DNA of 63,169 nt, filler included, from Phoronis australis (GCA_002633005.1; 7 parts of 7 records of this genome joined end to end with filler, not necessarily neighbours in it), one strand, 5' to 3'. Shown: positions 37,947 through 51,375, counted from the first letter of the whole stretch. A program made the numbers and translations. The notes: generated by a model not told the origin, from the sequence alone.

Positions 37947-38069
37947 CACAGGCGCTTGGGTTTATCGCAAATGACGTCACTCAATAATATATATATAAGA
38001 AAACATAATTATGTTTTCTTATATATATATATATTGTGACGTCATTTGCGATAAACCCAAGCGCCTGTG
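37947..38069. mobile_element. 123-bp hairpin MITE, minimal derivative of the 8830-9788 family
   Basis: Same CACAGGCGCTTGGGTTTATC TIR, no internal spacer, exact 8-bp TSD CTTAATAC. Confidence 0.92.
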
Positions 38070-38400
38070 CTTAATACCACGTGGTCATTTGGTTTGCACT
38101 ACACAGGGCATGCAGCGTTGTGTTGCTCTCCATTCGTAACACTGATCTCACACACGCAAAGCACTGACACGATTTCCCGCATAGCTAGACAGAGTTTTGT
38201 TATGCTACTTCACAGCACTCCACTGTGGTACTGTGAGGAATAAAAAGCCCAGTGTAAACTTTCAGCTGTGCAGTGCAAACTCAAATAACCGCGAAGTCGG
38301 AGTAAGTCGGTTGCTTGTGGAACAACTGGTGCCTGGTGTAAAATTGGAGAACGTTGCAGACAGAAAATTTAAAGGTGACCCAGGAATACAAGGTCCATAC

Positions 38401-38555
38401 CAATGACGTATCCGCAGATATACATTCCAATGTCGCAGCCTCCGACTATGAATCGCAGAATTGTGAACGAGTAAAATTCTGGCGCACAAGCGACACCTAT
38501 GCCTGAGAGAAGCGACAGAAACATTCCGAGTATCATTGCTTTCTTCCGACCAATC
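38401..38555 (-). CDS. SLC22: SLC22 organic cation/anion transporter, 155-bp exon (duplicate copy)
   Basis: IGRKKAM...APEFYSFTILRFIVG; differs from 40725-40879 only at synonymous positions that I could see. Confidence 0.8.
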
Positions 38556-39615
38556 CTGAAATGGGTTTGAAGAAACGGAAATGTTATACAATCATCAACT
38601 AAAATTGGGCCCCAAAAATTTCCAGAGATGTGTTTTATGATCTTGCGAATAAAATCTTGAAAGTGTATAAATGTTTTGCTCTCGCGAGTTTCCGTACGTT
38701 TTTCATAGTCTTTTTGAACAGCTCATGGATTATGCAAAATTCTTCAAAACAGTGTTATTTTATTTTTTGATTTGCCTACTCGTTAATAATTATTACTGTC
38801 TGCTTATTTCACATCTGAATATATGACAGCGGACTGTATATAAGTCCACACCTTTTACAAAAACGATAGGATATAACTCGTTCAAATTTGAAATCTCCAT
38901 CATCCAAACTCACGAAGGTGTTTCGACTCACTTTATCACGTGCTGTGTGAGTTTGGCAATGAAAATAAGACACCTTTCGTGTTCTTCACATACCCAATCA
39001 TTGGCTTCATAGAAGTTTAAAGTCACGTGATTGTAGAATGTCGGCATCTCATCGCTTGTTTAGTATGACGTCATTTGGACGTTTTGGAGCCAGTCAAAAT
39101 ATTAAAATGTTGAAATGAAAAACAATAATAACAATCAGAGCAGATTACTAAGCCCTTCGAAAATTATTTGTATAGACCCGGTCAATTTTTTTTCAATTTT
39201 AGTTCTTCTCAACTCCGCAGGAGCATAATATAGGTACAATCGTTGCAAGGGAAATGATAACAAGCAGTTATTTACATTACAAATCAAAATTTAAAATTGA
39301 TATATGTCTGTCCACCGTTCAAGTAATTTTTAACCATTACGCCAGGAAAATGAAGTTATTAAAAAATAACTTTGTCCTAAAAAATTTAAAAACTCTATGA
39401 AATTTTATGCTCGTGAATTGCAACTCCTTATCATGTCTGTTCATTTAATTAGCCTTAACTCAGTTCATTGTATTTGTTATGTATTTATATATCTTTGTAT
39501 GATTTACGGATGGTTCTGTTAAGTCCTTTCCAAAGCTTTCTCTAAACCAAGTATGTATTTATTATTTGTTTTGAATATGATATGGAATAATGCGCACTAC
39601 CACTACCGGACTTAC

Positions 39616-39719
39616 TCATCCGCTAGTACTCCAAACACGAAGGAGCCAACCAGCACGCCCCCCATGAATACAACTCCTTCAACAGTCGGCTTACTTTCAT
39701 CCTCGCAGACGAGATTAAA
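39616..39719 (-). CDS. SLC22: SLC22 transporter, 104-bp exon (duplicate copy)
   Basis: Appears identical to 41537-41640. Confidence 0.8.
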
Positions 39720-40724
39720 CTGGAAAAAAATAAGTCATTAGCATAACCCGGCAACCATAAGATGGCCATGCATTTCTTCTCTTGTCTTTTATAATAAACA
39801 CAGACAACATAGGCCGAACTTCACTGTATTTTCGGCCTGCACGAAGCCGACTGTGCACTGGAGCCCAGAAATGACCGGTAATTGTTATTAAGCAAATCAG
39901 AGGGAAAAGTATCAATGATTTGGATAGATTATTAAGTTATAAACTTATAGCGAGCGGTTACGCACCTACCGAATTTTACAGTAAATAGCTACGTTTAATT
40001 CGATACAATGGGTCATTTCTGTACGATGTCATTATGTTTATACATAACTTACTATATGTAGGAATGTACATGGTAACGTCACACGGAAATGGAAAAATTT
40101 TGTATTGAATGAGCGTGGTCGCAGCGCTCTCTTGTGCTCGGAGTGTGCATGCACGGCCCACGCACCTACAGCATTTTGGTTAAACTTCCATCGCAGCTAC
40201 CTATTGAGAATAACTTTTTTAACTGACACAGTGGCGACGCATAGGCAAAATTCTCGCTTCACTGCTTTAAAAACGAAAAGTTAATTTCGAAAGTTATCAA
40301 TGCCGCCTTCTGGTGAAGAAATTGACGACAGGGAGTAAATTGGTGCTGGCCAGAAAGCCACATTTAATGGGCAACTACTTGGTGCCGAGTNATACTACGT
40401 GGTCATTTGGTTTGCACTACACATGGCATGCAGCGTTGTGTTGCTCTCCTTTCGTAACACTGACCACACACACGCAAAGCACTGACACGATTTCCCGCAT
40501 AGGCCTAGTTAGACAAGAGTTTTGTTATGCTGCTTCACAGCACTCCACTGTGGTGCTGTGAGGAATAAAAAGCCCAGTGTAAACTTTCAGCTGTGCAGTG
40601 CAAACTCAAATAACCGCGAGGTCGGAGTAAGTCGTTGCTTGTGGAACAACTGGTGCCTGGTGTAAAATTGGAGAACGTTGCAGACAGAAAATTTAAAGGT
40701 GACCCAGGAATACAAAGTCCATAC

Positions 40725-40879
40725 CAATGACGTATCCGCAGATATACATTCCAATGTCGCAGCCTCCGACTATGAAGCGCAGAATTGTGAACGAGTAAAA
40801 TTCTGGCGCACAAGCGACACCTATGCCTGAGAGAAGCGATAGAAACATTCCGAGTATCATTGCTTTCTTCCGACCAATC
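40725..40879 (-). CDS. SLC22: SLC22 transporter, coding exon 4 (155 bp)
   Basis: Completes MFS motif A (G.LAD.IGRK); LRFIVG; ttcag and gtatg sites. Confidence 0.9.
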
Positions 40880-41536
40880 CTGAAATGGGTTTGAAGAAAG
40901 GGAAATGTTATACAATCATCAACTAAAATTGGGCCCCAAAAATTTCCAGAGATGTGTTTCATGATCTTGCGAATAAAATCTTGAAGGTGTATAAATGTTC
41001 TGTTCTCGCGAGTTTCCGTACGTTTTTCATAGTCTTTTTGGACAGCTAATGGATTATGCAAAATTCTTCAAAACAGTGTTATTTTATTTTTTGATTTGCT
41101 TACTCGTTAATAATTATTACTGTCAGCTCATTTCAAATCTAAATATATAACAGCGGACTGTATATAAGTCCACACCTTTTACAAAAACGATAAGATATAA
41201 CTAGTGCAAATCTGAAATCTCCATCATCCAAACTCACGAAGGTGTTTCGACTCACCATTACGCCAGGACAATGAAGTTATTAAAAAATAACTTTGTCCTA
41301 AAAAATTTAAAAACTCTATGAAATTTTATGCTCGTGAATTGCAACTCCTTATCATGTCTGTTCATTTAATTAGCCTTAACTCAGTTCAGTGTATTTGTTA
41401 TGGATTTATATATCTTTGTATGATTTACGGATGGTTCTGTTAAGTCCTTTCCAAAGCTTTCTCTAAACCAAGTATGTATTTATTATTTGTTTTGAATATG
41501 ATATGGAATAATGCGCACTACCACTACCGGACTTAC

Positions 41537-41640
41537 TCATCCGCTAGTACTCCAAACACGAAGGAGCCAACCAGCACGCCCCCCATGAATACAACTCCTT
41601 CAACAGTCGGCTTACTTTCATCCTCGCAGACGAGATTAAA
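41537..41640 (-). CDS. SLC22: SLC22 transporter, coding exon 3 (104 bp)
   Basis: FNLVCEDESKPTVEGVVFMGGVLVGSFVFGVLAD; SLC22 EF.LVC motif; ccag and gtaag sites. Confidence 0.92.
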
Positions 41641-42923
41641 CTGGAAAAAAATAAGTCATTAGCATAACCCGGCAACCATAAGATGGCCATGCATTTCTTC
41701 TCTTGTCTTTTATAATAAACACAGACAACATAGGCCGAACTTCACTGTATTTTCGGCCTGCACGAAGCCGACTGTGCACTGGAGCCCAGAAATGACCGGT
41801 AATTGTTATTAAGCAAATCAGAGGGAAAAGTATCAATGATTTGGATAGATTATTAAGTTATAAACTTATAGCGAGCGGTTACGCACCTACCGAATTTTAC
41901 AGTAAATAGCTACGTTTAATTCGATACAATGGGTCATTTCTGTACGATGTCATTATGTTTATACATAACTTACTATATGTAGGAATGTACATGGTAACGT
42001 CACACGGAAATGGAAAAATTTTGTATTGAATGAGCGTGGTCGCAGCGCTCTCTTGTGCTCGGAGTGTGCATGCACGGCCCACGCACCTACAGCATTTTGG
42101 TTAAACTTCCATCGCAGCTACCTATTGAGAATAACTTTTTTAACTGACACAGTGGCGACGCATAGGCAAAATTCTCGCTTCACTGCTTTAAAAACGAAAA
42201 GTTAATTTCGAAAGTTATCAATGCCGCCTTCTGGTGAAGAAATTGACGACAGGGAGTAAATTGGTGCTGGCCAGAAAGCCACATTTAATGGGCAACTACT
42301 TGGTGCCGAGTGGTCCGCGCATAATTTTCTTTCGTAGTTTTTGCACACGTAAACTCTGAAGTGAACAGGTGTGTCGAAAAATGCAAAATATCGTAAAGCT
42401 TATAATTTTACTAGAATGTCCTCTATAAAACTCAGTGACAACAATTTCTACCCCAGTTTATAGCAATAGATGACATTTTAGTACTTGATGAAAGCTCGTG
42501 GTGTAATTGTGTTAAGGAAACTGCAAACAATATATCACAACGTAGAACTCTGGCTAGATTCCAAGTACTAAACAAGTATTATCAAGTTCCACGAGAGTAA
42601 TTATCAATTATCAGATATAATTTTTGTAATGGGAACCGGGGGAGGCCTGATTGCGAAAGAAATAAATATACATATACAATAGAAGTCATAAGATCTAGTA
42701 AACCGAAACCATAATACAAGGCGAGTTTCCAATGCAAGCCGTGGCCCCTATAACAACATGTGTAATCCGTTTGGGAACTTGGAGAATGTGATTGGCAAAA
42801 AACGATTGTCTTTGTAATTCTGGCCTTGACCTAACGCCAGTCTCTAACATCATGACGAAACTGATAAATATCCTACTTCTATTACAAGTTATACGGTACA
42901 TGACATCCAAATTATTTTCTCAC

Positions 42924-43182
42924 CTCTGTCACTACGGTTTCCTCGAAGACCGATCTGTCGTATACCCATGTTGTACAGCTCTCAGTTTCTGTTTTGTTCA
43001 GACTGGCTAAACTGTCATTATTCATTGCGATCTCCAAGACCAGGTCAAAGTCTATGTTTTTATAAATTTTGCATTTTTCATATTTTCCTTCAGACGTACG
43101 AGGAATAAACGCATCGATAAGTGCTCGGTGAGTTTCGTTCTGAATGTCGAAGGTATCGCCGTAGTAGCCCGGCAGTGCACAT
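42924..43182 (-). CDS. SLC22: SLC22 transporter, coding exon 2 (large extracellular loop)
   Basis: RCALPG...C..Y...C..WVYD.SVF..TVVTE; ttcag and gtgag sites; phases consistent. Confidence 0.92.
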
Positions 43183-43519
43183 CTGAAAGAAAAACAAGAA
43201 CAAAAATGATGGGTCCGTGCATAGCAATGAAAACATTGATGTAACATTACAGGAAATGTCAATATATCCATTAGATTTCATGGTCATTTAAAAGGACATT
43301 GTCGGCTTCAATGACCAGAGTTATAAAAAGGTGTTGCATTTTGTGATTTTATTACAAATTTTCAGTTCTCGCCGTTTCAAGGCCGGTTTCGTTACCAGCA
43401 AAATAATAATGCTTAAGATACCCTGTCTCTCTTAAAAAGCAATCAGAATCAAATAAAATAGTCTACTGTTTATTATTTTTCCAATCCACTCCACTTAGGA
43501 CGCATACGAACAACCAGAC

Positions 43520-43990
43520 AATTAAATATGCTGCTTATGTAAACATGTTCATCACCTAATATTACTGTTATCAATTCGTCGTGTGAGTTAAATCAAATTC
43601 GTTGATAATACGACCGGGTAATACAGCTTTTAGCAAACCTTTGAACCATCGCATTCTTTGATCATACAGGATATTTCACACCCATGAATGTAAACAAATC
43701 ATAACGAACTCAGTGTCGTTCTTTTAAAAAGTGTTCACAGAGTAGTCTGAGTTAATATGAATGTCAGAATTAAATATGCTGTTTATGTAAACATGTTCAT
43801 CACCTAACCTTACTTTTATCAGTTCGTGAGATGAATCAAATTCGTTGATAATATGACCTGGTAAAAGCTTTTAGCCAACCTTTGACCGATGCGTTCTTTG
43901 ATCAAACAGGATATTTCATACCCATGAATGTAAACAACCAAAATGACCTGCATGCCATTCTTCTAAAAAATGTTCACAAAATAGTCTGAA
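43520..43990. repeat. Diverged two-copy tandem duplication of about 245 bp
   Basis: AATTAAATATGCTG.TTATGTAAACATGTTCATCACCTAA...TAGTCTGA occurs twice. Confidence 0.85.
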
Positions 43991-45558
43991 TTTATACGAA
44001 TACCTGAACATAATTTTTGTACTGAGAATTAAAAGTTTTTCGTATTCCAGGAATCTGAAAGTTTCTTTTACAAGGCACAGCCATTTGAATGTAATTCCAG
44101 AGAAACGACGAACAGATTTGTCCAGCCATCACAAAGTCCACAAAGCCAAGCAGTGGCTTCGGTATTAGCCTCAGCAGCACCATAAGTGGTTGAAATTGCT
44201 GTCAAAACTTAGAAATATTTTATCACTGCAATTAGAGTCAACTGTGGCAATGCTAGGCCCTGCAAAACAAACTTTCTGGTTCTTGAAGAAAAACACCATT
44301 AGTACTCAGATTTTAGAACATTTTGTGGCAGATTTAGTTATGCTGTTTAAATGGTTACGGTCTAATACGATAATACGTAATAGAGCACCTACACACCAAT
44401 CTGGGTATGTAAAGTTGCCACTGATGAACACTTTTGACCGAAAACGGCTTTGAAGTTGATTCGCCCGCATTTTACTAGTGTCTTCTCGTACGTTCGTATA
44501 GTAGTGGCGATCTGAAACCTAGATCAGTCCTATACAGGAGTTGTCCGATGTTCATTGTAAGCGTTGAGCATGGGAACACAGAAATAAATAAACCTGCATC
44601 TTTCATCTTCAGAGCGTAACGGTAGATCAAGTTTCAAATCCACAATCACTAAGAGACAGAAGTTGACAAGAATCAACTAAAGCAAAAGACGCAAACGACA
44701 GGATGCGAAATAGCGAAATACACAGGAGTCAGTCAAAACTGGACTAAGGATATACTAAGCAAACAATTGCAAAATTCTACAGGAACAGGTCTCCTGGATA
44801 TTCAATTTAGGTGATTCAAGTTAATGGGTCTCCGTAATTTTCAAATATAAAACATTCGGATCAATATGTGGAATGTGGCTGTTGTCGACGATGTTCTAGA
44901 GATCTTTTCTTCATGGCATGTCAAGAAAGGCTATTTAACTGGGCGGTTTTGTACGTGAAATGATAATCTTCGTGAGAGAGAATATGTGGTGTGGCAATGT
45001 AGTGTTGGTTTTGACAAATACATTTGGCCAAAGAAAATCTTAGAAAACATTGCATTTAACCAAGCCATAAGTACCAAGCCTAAACTGATAAAATAGATAT
45101 CTGCTGACTCCTGGTAACAACGAAATAAACAATCTTCAAAATGTTCTGGATCCTTTTGCGCGCCGGCTTGCAAAAACAGTCCCAAATAGGGACGCAACTA
45201 AGTTCCCTAAAGACTAATCTGCGTGTTTATGTCTTCTTTTATTAAAAAATGGCATGTTTTTCTGCCATTTTATTTTATTACGAGTTCCTTTTGCGATCTA
45301 TGAAATTTTTCTAACAAAATATCTAAAAATTGAGCCCTTATTTCAATGAAAAAATTAATAGGGACTGAGTCCTTGAATTAGGGGCGTTGCATGAATAGAT
45401 CAAAATTTATTTTCAATAATGTTGAGGATTCAATTAGTAATTAAAATAAAACATCATTAGATAGGACGATCAAGTTTTTTACAAATTCACAAATGCGGTG
45501 AAAAGTTAAAAAACAATGCTGAGTCTCTACTATGGACTGTTTCGTGCAACTGAGCACT

Positions 45559-46045
45559 GGGCCCCGTTTTATCAAAGAAAGAAGTCCGGTCTTGGCTAAA
45601 ACAGTCGTAACGTGCATTAAGGTGGCTCTCGAAGTATTACTTCTCCCCCATTGATATTTCTGACCCCTAGGGAAAACGCAGTACGAGGACGTCGGTTATG
45701 AGGTTACTTTGCCCGACAGGCAATGTCCCTTTTCGTTCATGCCGCTCAGATGGCAGATGTCGCTCAGTACTCGTAAACGGTTACAGGTTAAAAAAACCAC
45801 TTACTCCTGACTGTGTAAACAATGGAAGTGCATTAAATCAGGTAAAAACATAGCAATCTAATAACCGTGTGAGATAATCTTGCCTTCTGCTACGTGCAAC
45901 ATTATTCTCCCTCGGTCCATATTACTTGATGTTGCCCTCCGGATCGGTCCAAATTTGAGAAATGTGAAGTTAATGCCATTTGCATCGTTTCATTCATATA
46001 AAACGTTGTCTCATATTTGCAACAACCTTTGATAAAACGGGCCCC
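45559..46045. mobile_element. PIF/Harbinger-like MITE
   Basis: GGGCCCCGTTTTATCAAAG...CTTTGATAAAACGGGCCCC TIR; TSD imperfect. Confidence 0.7.
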
Positions 46046-46250
46046 TTGGTAGGGTCTCTAAATCTTGATCAGACACTCTTGTATGAAAAATATTGCGAGG
46101 TCACGTGGTTCTTGAGCGACTGGTAACAAATGAGCGAAGACGCCTGCAGTTTGCCGATTTCGCACTACCATATAGACTATTCTTTCTGAAATATATTTTG
46201 TATGATAATTCTAAGCAACTAAGCAAATCTCTCTGCCTGGCAACTTTTAC

Positions 46251-46393
46251 CTGTGAGCTGGTTCAGATTTCAAAAACGCTGCAGATAGAAGATGCAATGC
46301 AGATGGAATCGAAATCAAACATAGCAATAGGTGTGTCCGCCTCTGGTAAGGACCGTAGTTCCCAAGGTAAGTTAAAATTTCATCAAACTTCAT
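46251..46393 (-). CDS. SLC22: SLC22 transporter, first coding exon (MKFDEILTYLGNYGPYQRRTHLLLCL...PAHR)
   Basis: Typical SLC22 start M.FD.IL..LG.(F/Y)G.YQ and P.HRC across the junction; AG|gtaaaa donor in phase 2. Not in the supplied ORF track. Confidence 0.9.
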
Positions 46394-48214
46394 TCTGGTC
46401 TTTCGTGGATCCAATATGGATACAGAGTGACTATAGTCCTTCCAGTTGAGCTAATCATAATGTCTTTATCGCAAGTGACGTATCTGTTATACTTACGATA
46501 AGAGTATTGAATTACAACATTTGTTGATTGAACTAACCCAACAAACGAAACGTCAAGACATTTCAAGATACAATAGTTTACAGAGGTGTGCATATACATT
46601 TCTGGGAGTAACCTAGTGCAGTTATTGGCGTTGTCAGTTTTTTTATTGGAACGAATGATCGCTATAAAAATCCTGGGTTTGTATGCGCTGCAAAACATAT
46701 CAGGTCAAAGGGACCGCGCAGACTAAGAACTACTAGCTGAGCTAATTGCTCCAAGTGAAGGACTGATGAGTTGAAAGCTCAAGTCAAGTCACGAGAAAAC
46801 CTAACCGCTAGCTCATTCATTTTTTCTGGGCTGCCAGCTTAGCAATCGTTCACTTAAGCAGTCAGTTCAGCTTGTATCTTTCCGTCAGTGCTGGCCCTAG
46901 CCAATCAAACCACAAGAACATATAAAAGCACATTTTTGTACCATTCCGGTGACACTCAATATCATTTTAGCCAGAGTTGAATTCACATCCTCTAATTTCA
47001 TTAAAGTTGGCGCCTGGTGGGTTGGCTGTGCATTTTGAATTTTGCAATTCGTGTTAAGGGTTCGAATGCCATCTGCTTGATTTTTTCAGTAGGTTGTTCT
47101 AATTGATAGAATGCTAGTAGTAGATTCTTTGGCCCGTTTTTGCCTTGTCGTTGCTTTGATATTAGGAAGCGAAAGTTAAAATTTAGCAGAAAACTCAAAT
47201 ACTCAGTAGAAACTTTAGATTTGTAAAAATTAAGTTAGTTGACAATAATCTTTCACTTGATAATCTGGAGGGTTTTGGCAGTCTGAACTTATAGTCTCTC
47301 CATTCATAGTTATCACATGAGAATTGCGACTTTGGTGTGAAAACAGCTGATCTGTTGTATTTTTGTTCAGTTTTAAAATGTCATTAAACCCGTGATTTTA
47401 GAAATGAAAATTATGCCGCTTGCCGTTATGAAATTGGTATTTATTTTTTTTCTATTTGAAAACCCTTGTGAGCGAATTTTACGTGAGGTGTAACATAATT
47501 ACTATTCAACACACGTGATATTATGAATATCCTTGCAATCTGAATGATTATTTGGAAATCTCAAACACAAGTACATGGCTAACATACGCGTGAAGAGAGA
47601 CAATTGTGGAAAATGTTTGGTTAGGTTCCTAACTGGTGCAAGCCGTCAATAAGCTCGTTATGGACTTTGATATAAATGTGATGAAATCTTAGAAACGCTG
47701 CTAGTTTTATAAATTATCGTTTAGTTTTCATAAAGCGTTTGACATTTTCCATAGAGTCTGGCATGAAGCAGTTTAGTTGTCAGTTGTTTCCAAGTCCAGG
47801 AACTACACCTGGACCAATTTTGGACCAATACAAGTTCACAACTAATAAGTGGTCTCAATTATCAAAATTCATTTTTGTATGACGGAATGCGGGTTTCTTG
47901 TCGCTTTAAACTGTCAGAACTTTTGTAAACATCAAATTTTGTATGCGTCCTCGTTACGCCCTTGTCAAAGGCCCTATATAATCTTAAAGCAAATTTACCA
48001 AGTACACGGGGCGCGACACTCAAAGAACCTAATACAATTAATTTTTTCACTTTTTGTACCGAGCACCTTGTCTGCTGACCTGGCTTTTTTGCTTCGTCAT
48101 GCTCGGTAGAAACATAGTGAATGTTAATAGTTGGATGCTAATGTCTCCGATTTGAAAATCAGTTGCTTCCTGTGAATAATGGCGTTATTTCATGGAGGCA
48201 GCTGATTAAGTTCC

Positions 48215-48574
48215 CTACAAGGACAGGAACCCTTTAATCGTATGCGTTTTGAGTTTCCTGCCGTCGGCCTCCAGGGTTTGGAAACTTTTTGAAAAACTTT
48301 TGTGACACATGCCTAGTTGAATTCCAGCAATGTTACCGAGAGATTCCGGTTTAAATTGTGGTGGCCTGGGGTCAATATTGTTTTCATTATTTTCAAGTAA
48401 GAATTGATCTTTTGCGTATGAAGTACTATTTTTACTGTCAGTCGTATACATGTCGCACAGATGAGTTTCGTGACTGTTATTCGTTTCTCGCTTCGTCTCA
48501 TCGCTCACGAGTTTTTCAAAACTATTATTGATTGATTCTTCGATGCACGTATGCAAGTTTATCATATAACGCAC
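48215..48574 (-). pseudogene. Possible decayed non-LTR retrotransposon ORF2 C-terminal fragment
   Basis: KLKTHTIK resembles the KLRTY..FK motif; weak and fragmentary. Confidence 0.3.
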
Positions 48575-49050
48575 ATGCCATGCACTGCTTCGTCATCACT
48601 ATTCATCATCCTGTCTTCATCAGTCAACAGTACAACCACCATTGTTCTTTTTGAACAAGGTTCACCAAAAGTCACCTTCATGTGGGTCATTCATAGAATG
48701 TTGTGCGAGCTAGATTAGTAAAGTAAAAATCGTCTGCCGGCTTGTCAATGACGACGGCGTTGTTGACGCCACTGACTGTTCATGTCGTCATCGTCGTTGG
48801 CGTTGTAGTTATCAGGCGTTCGGTGTCAGCTTCCGTTTTTGAGTCAATGACGTTGTGAGATAGTCTGCTCCGTCGTCTTCGGTACCATAACTGATGTCTA
48901 AAATGAATGTCGACGTCATGGTGGTCTTCCTTGGGTCGTTGTCTTCGTTGTCGATGTTGTTTTTCAGTTGATTTCGCCGAGTGTCGCTTCACAGAGCGCA
49001 AAATCCTTTTTAAAAACCGGACGATCGCCGCACAAATGAAGAAGTTCATG

Positions 49051-49096
49051 ATAAATCAACGTTTCGTCTATTCGTTAGACATCATCAGGATATTTA
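49051..49096 (-). ncRNA. Minimal hammerhead ribozyme motif of a second Penelope family
   Basis: ATC-CTGATGA-T-GTCTA(ACGAA)TAGAC-GAAAC-GTT-GAT: perfect 5-bp stem II, ATC/GAT stem I, palindromic AACGTT stem III. Confidence 0.75.
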
Positions 49097-49177
49097 CATA
49101 GGACAACAAGTGGCAACATACATCTCAGGTGACATCCATGAAGTGAAGTGAGAGATACAGAGTAGTCAATTGCTGGT

Positions 49178-49560
49178 CATCACCATAGTTGCAGGGTCAC
49201 TGAGCTCTGCATGTTGTTCAGAAAATCAGTAGCATGCTGGTTCTGAATGGCCACTGACTCTTTAATGTACAGTAATTCCTTGTTAGTTTCACTGCAAATA
49301 ATACTAACTGAATTGGCTTGATGATTGTTGCTAACACAATGCCTACATATGTTGCTTTTCTCTGAGGTGTGATGTTCTCTCAGCCTGCCACAGAGGCGTC
49401 TCTGCGTGAGTCTGATATAGAATTCCTTACAGTTGTCACATTAAACCTTATAAACAACATTGCTCTTGTTCAATAAAGGGATGGATGACTTCAGTTAACA
49501 TAGCATACTGGAAAGTTTCCGAAGAGGTTTGAAAATAACTATCAGTTCAACGGCTGGGTC
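49178..49560 (-). pseudogene. Penelope-like GIY-YIG endonuclease remnant
   Basis: KSSIPLLNKSNVVYKV*CDNCKEFYIRLTQRRL..RLREH...H...H...LYIKES; one in-frame stop. Confidence 0.85.
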
Positions 49561-50925
49561 TAAAAGCCAAGAAGTTCCCTAAAGTAAATCATTTGTATGT
49601 TATGAGGATGATTTCCAACTCTTTTCCTCTGTTTTGCCACAAACTGGTTGATACAACTTCCAATTTCGTTTTTACGAAGAAATTCATGATTCATTCCAAA
49701 AAGCATATTGTACAACACATAGTGACTCAAAATATTTTTCTCCATAGACAAATTTACTTATGCGTTACCTTGCCGGTTCGGCTTTAAAAAGCTTTGAACA
49801 ATTCAAAAGTTCTCTACTAATAGTCTTCTGACCCAAGTTAGCCTTTTAAGTTTTATTGTAGCGAATGACTTTTGGTGCTTAATCAACGCCCTCCTCAATA
49901 TCTTCAAGAATTGTATATCCAACTACGTTTTTCCAAATAAGTCAAAAAAAAATTATTAACTTAATTTAGTAACTGGCTTGGGGGCAGTCAATAAGTGCAT
50001 AATTTTAGAAAAATGGAGTTTTAAAACTTTTTTGCGTACATTAATAATGCTTCTAATATGCTTGCTATACGAGTATTAAAAACATTTATTCACTGGTTAA
50101 CTGATATAAAATACTTTTTTGACAATTGTATACACAAACTAAATTTATAAATTATAAAGATTGTTAAGTGTTCTCTTCAAGATTCAATCGACGACCGTGC
50201 ATTTGTCTCAACCAGTGTCATAGGATCGCATTACTGAGAAGCACAGCTACCCGTACTGGTTCCCGCGCAAAAAAAGAACTGTCAGATGGTAGGCCTAATC
50301 ATTCTAGTCGGTCACCTAAGTCAAAATGTACACAACAGAACAGCTTTTAATGTCTGCAGTGGCCGGGAGCCTGCATGGGGGGCCTGCATACGTTGCTTTT
50401 GTCGCGGACCGGAGACTGCCGCTGGGGAAAATTCCGTGGAGCACCGTCAAAGCCTAACTTGGTTATCATGCTGTCCGGGCCCTGTTCGTTACATAGTGAA
50501 CTGCAAGGCGAGGGGGGGGGGGGCGGTCCGCCGGGGTTGTGTGGGACAGTGCATCGGGTATCAATCATGGGCGGCGCAGCACTGATGCGGCCGGGGGCTT
50601 TAGTCTCCCCACCAGCCCCCTATCAAGAATGGTGCATGCGCGCACCAAGCCTTCAATATGAGGGGCTCGAATTCCTGAAGTTGTGGACCTTTTGGTAAAG
50701 GCAAAAAAGCGGGCGGACTATATAAAAAAACGGGTCCACCTCTGTGAATTGCGCGTTTGTGCACTTTTGTCTATTTTCCCGGACTTTTTGTTACCGGCTC
50801 GGANGAAAGCAATCTCGAGAAAGTGAAGGTGAGCATAACTTCGTTATTGTGTAAAATTGCGCTGTATTCCGTAAGTTCGGCCGGGTGTCGGGAAAAATTA
50901 CACAGCATAGCAATATAGCACTAGC

Positions 50926-51060
50926 AGGGTTTGACATAACGAGCTGCACGTCGTATTTGCGACCTGAAATTTGGAAATGCGAGCTGAGATTTTGGCCAGC
51001 TCGCATTAAGTGGCAAAATGCGACCTGGAATTTCAAACGTATGCGAGCTGAGTTTTGTAG
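50926..51060 (-). repeat. hAT-like terminal fragment (same family as 21190-21324)
   Basis: Reverse-complement match starting CAGGG; cut off where the Gypsy LTR starts. Confidence 0.8.
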
Positions 51061-51361
51061 TAAATGTGGACGTCAGTCTCGGCTGTGGCGTCTCTATGTT
51101 GTGATGTCCTTTTCGTGACAATGTTGGTCTTGGCCTGGTGCGACATCTAACGCCAGAAGAGCCCAGCCGAGGTCACACTCCTACCACGTGACGAGTCACC
51201 TATCAAGACCACGTGACAAGATCGTCTGGGCCTTCTGGAGTTCGCTGCCGTCCTGTGCGGACGTAATGTGAGTATCCTCCAGACTTAGCTCTTGCACCGT
51301 GTTAATAGGCCCGAACCTGTGTGTCTGTTTAGCCGACCCCTCATCACTCTATTACAACATT

Positions 51362-51375
51362 TGGCGTAGTCGGCA
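51362..51375 (+). promoter_or_regulatory. Primer binding site complementary to tRNA-Ser 3' end
   Basis: TGGCGTAGTCGGCA, 2 nt after the LTR-terminal CA; reverse complement of ...TGCCGACTACGCCA. Confidence 0.85.

Larger units (their letters stand above)
38074..42311. repeat. Tandem duplication (38074-40390 and 40392-42311) across a single N; probable uncollapsed haplotypes
   Basis: Copies nearly identical; differ by SNPs and a ~400-bp indel (38932-39334). Confidence 0.9.
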
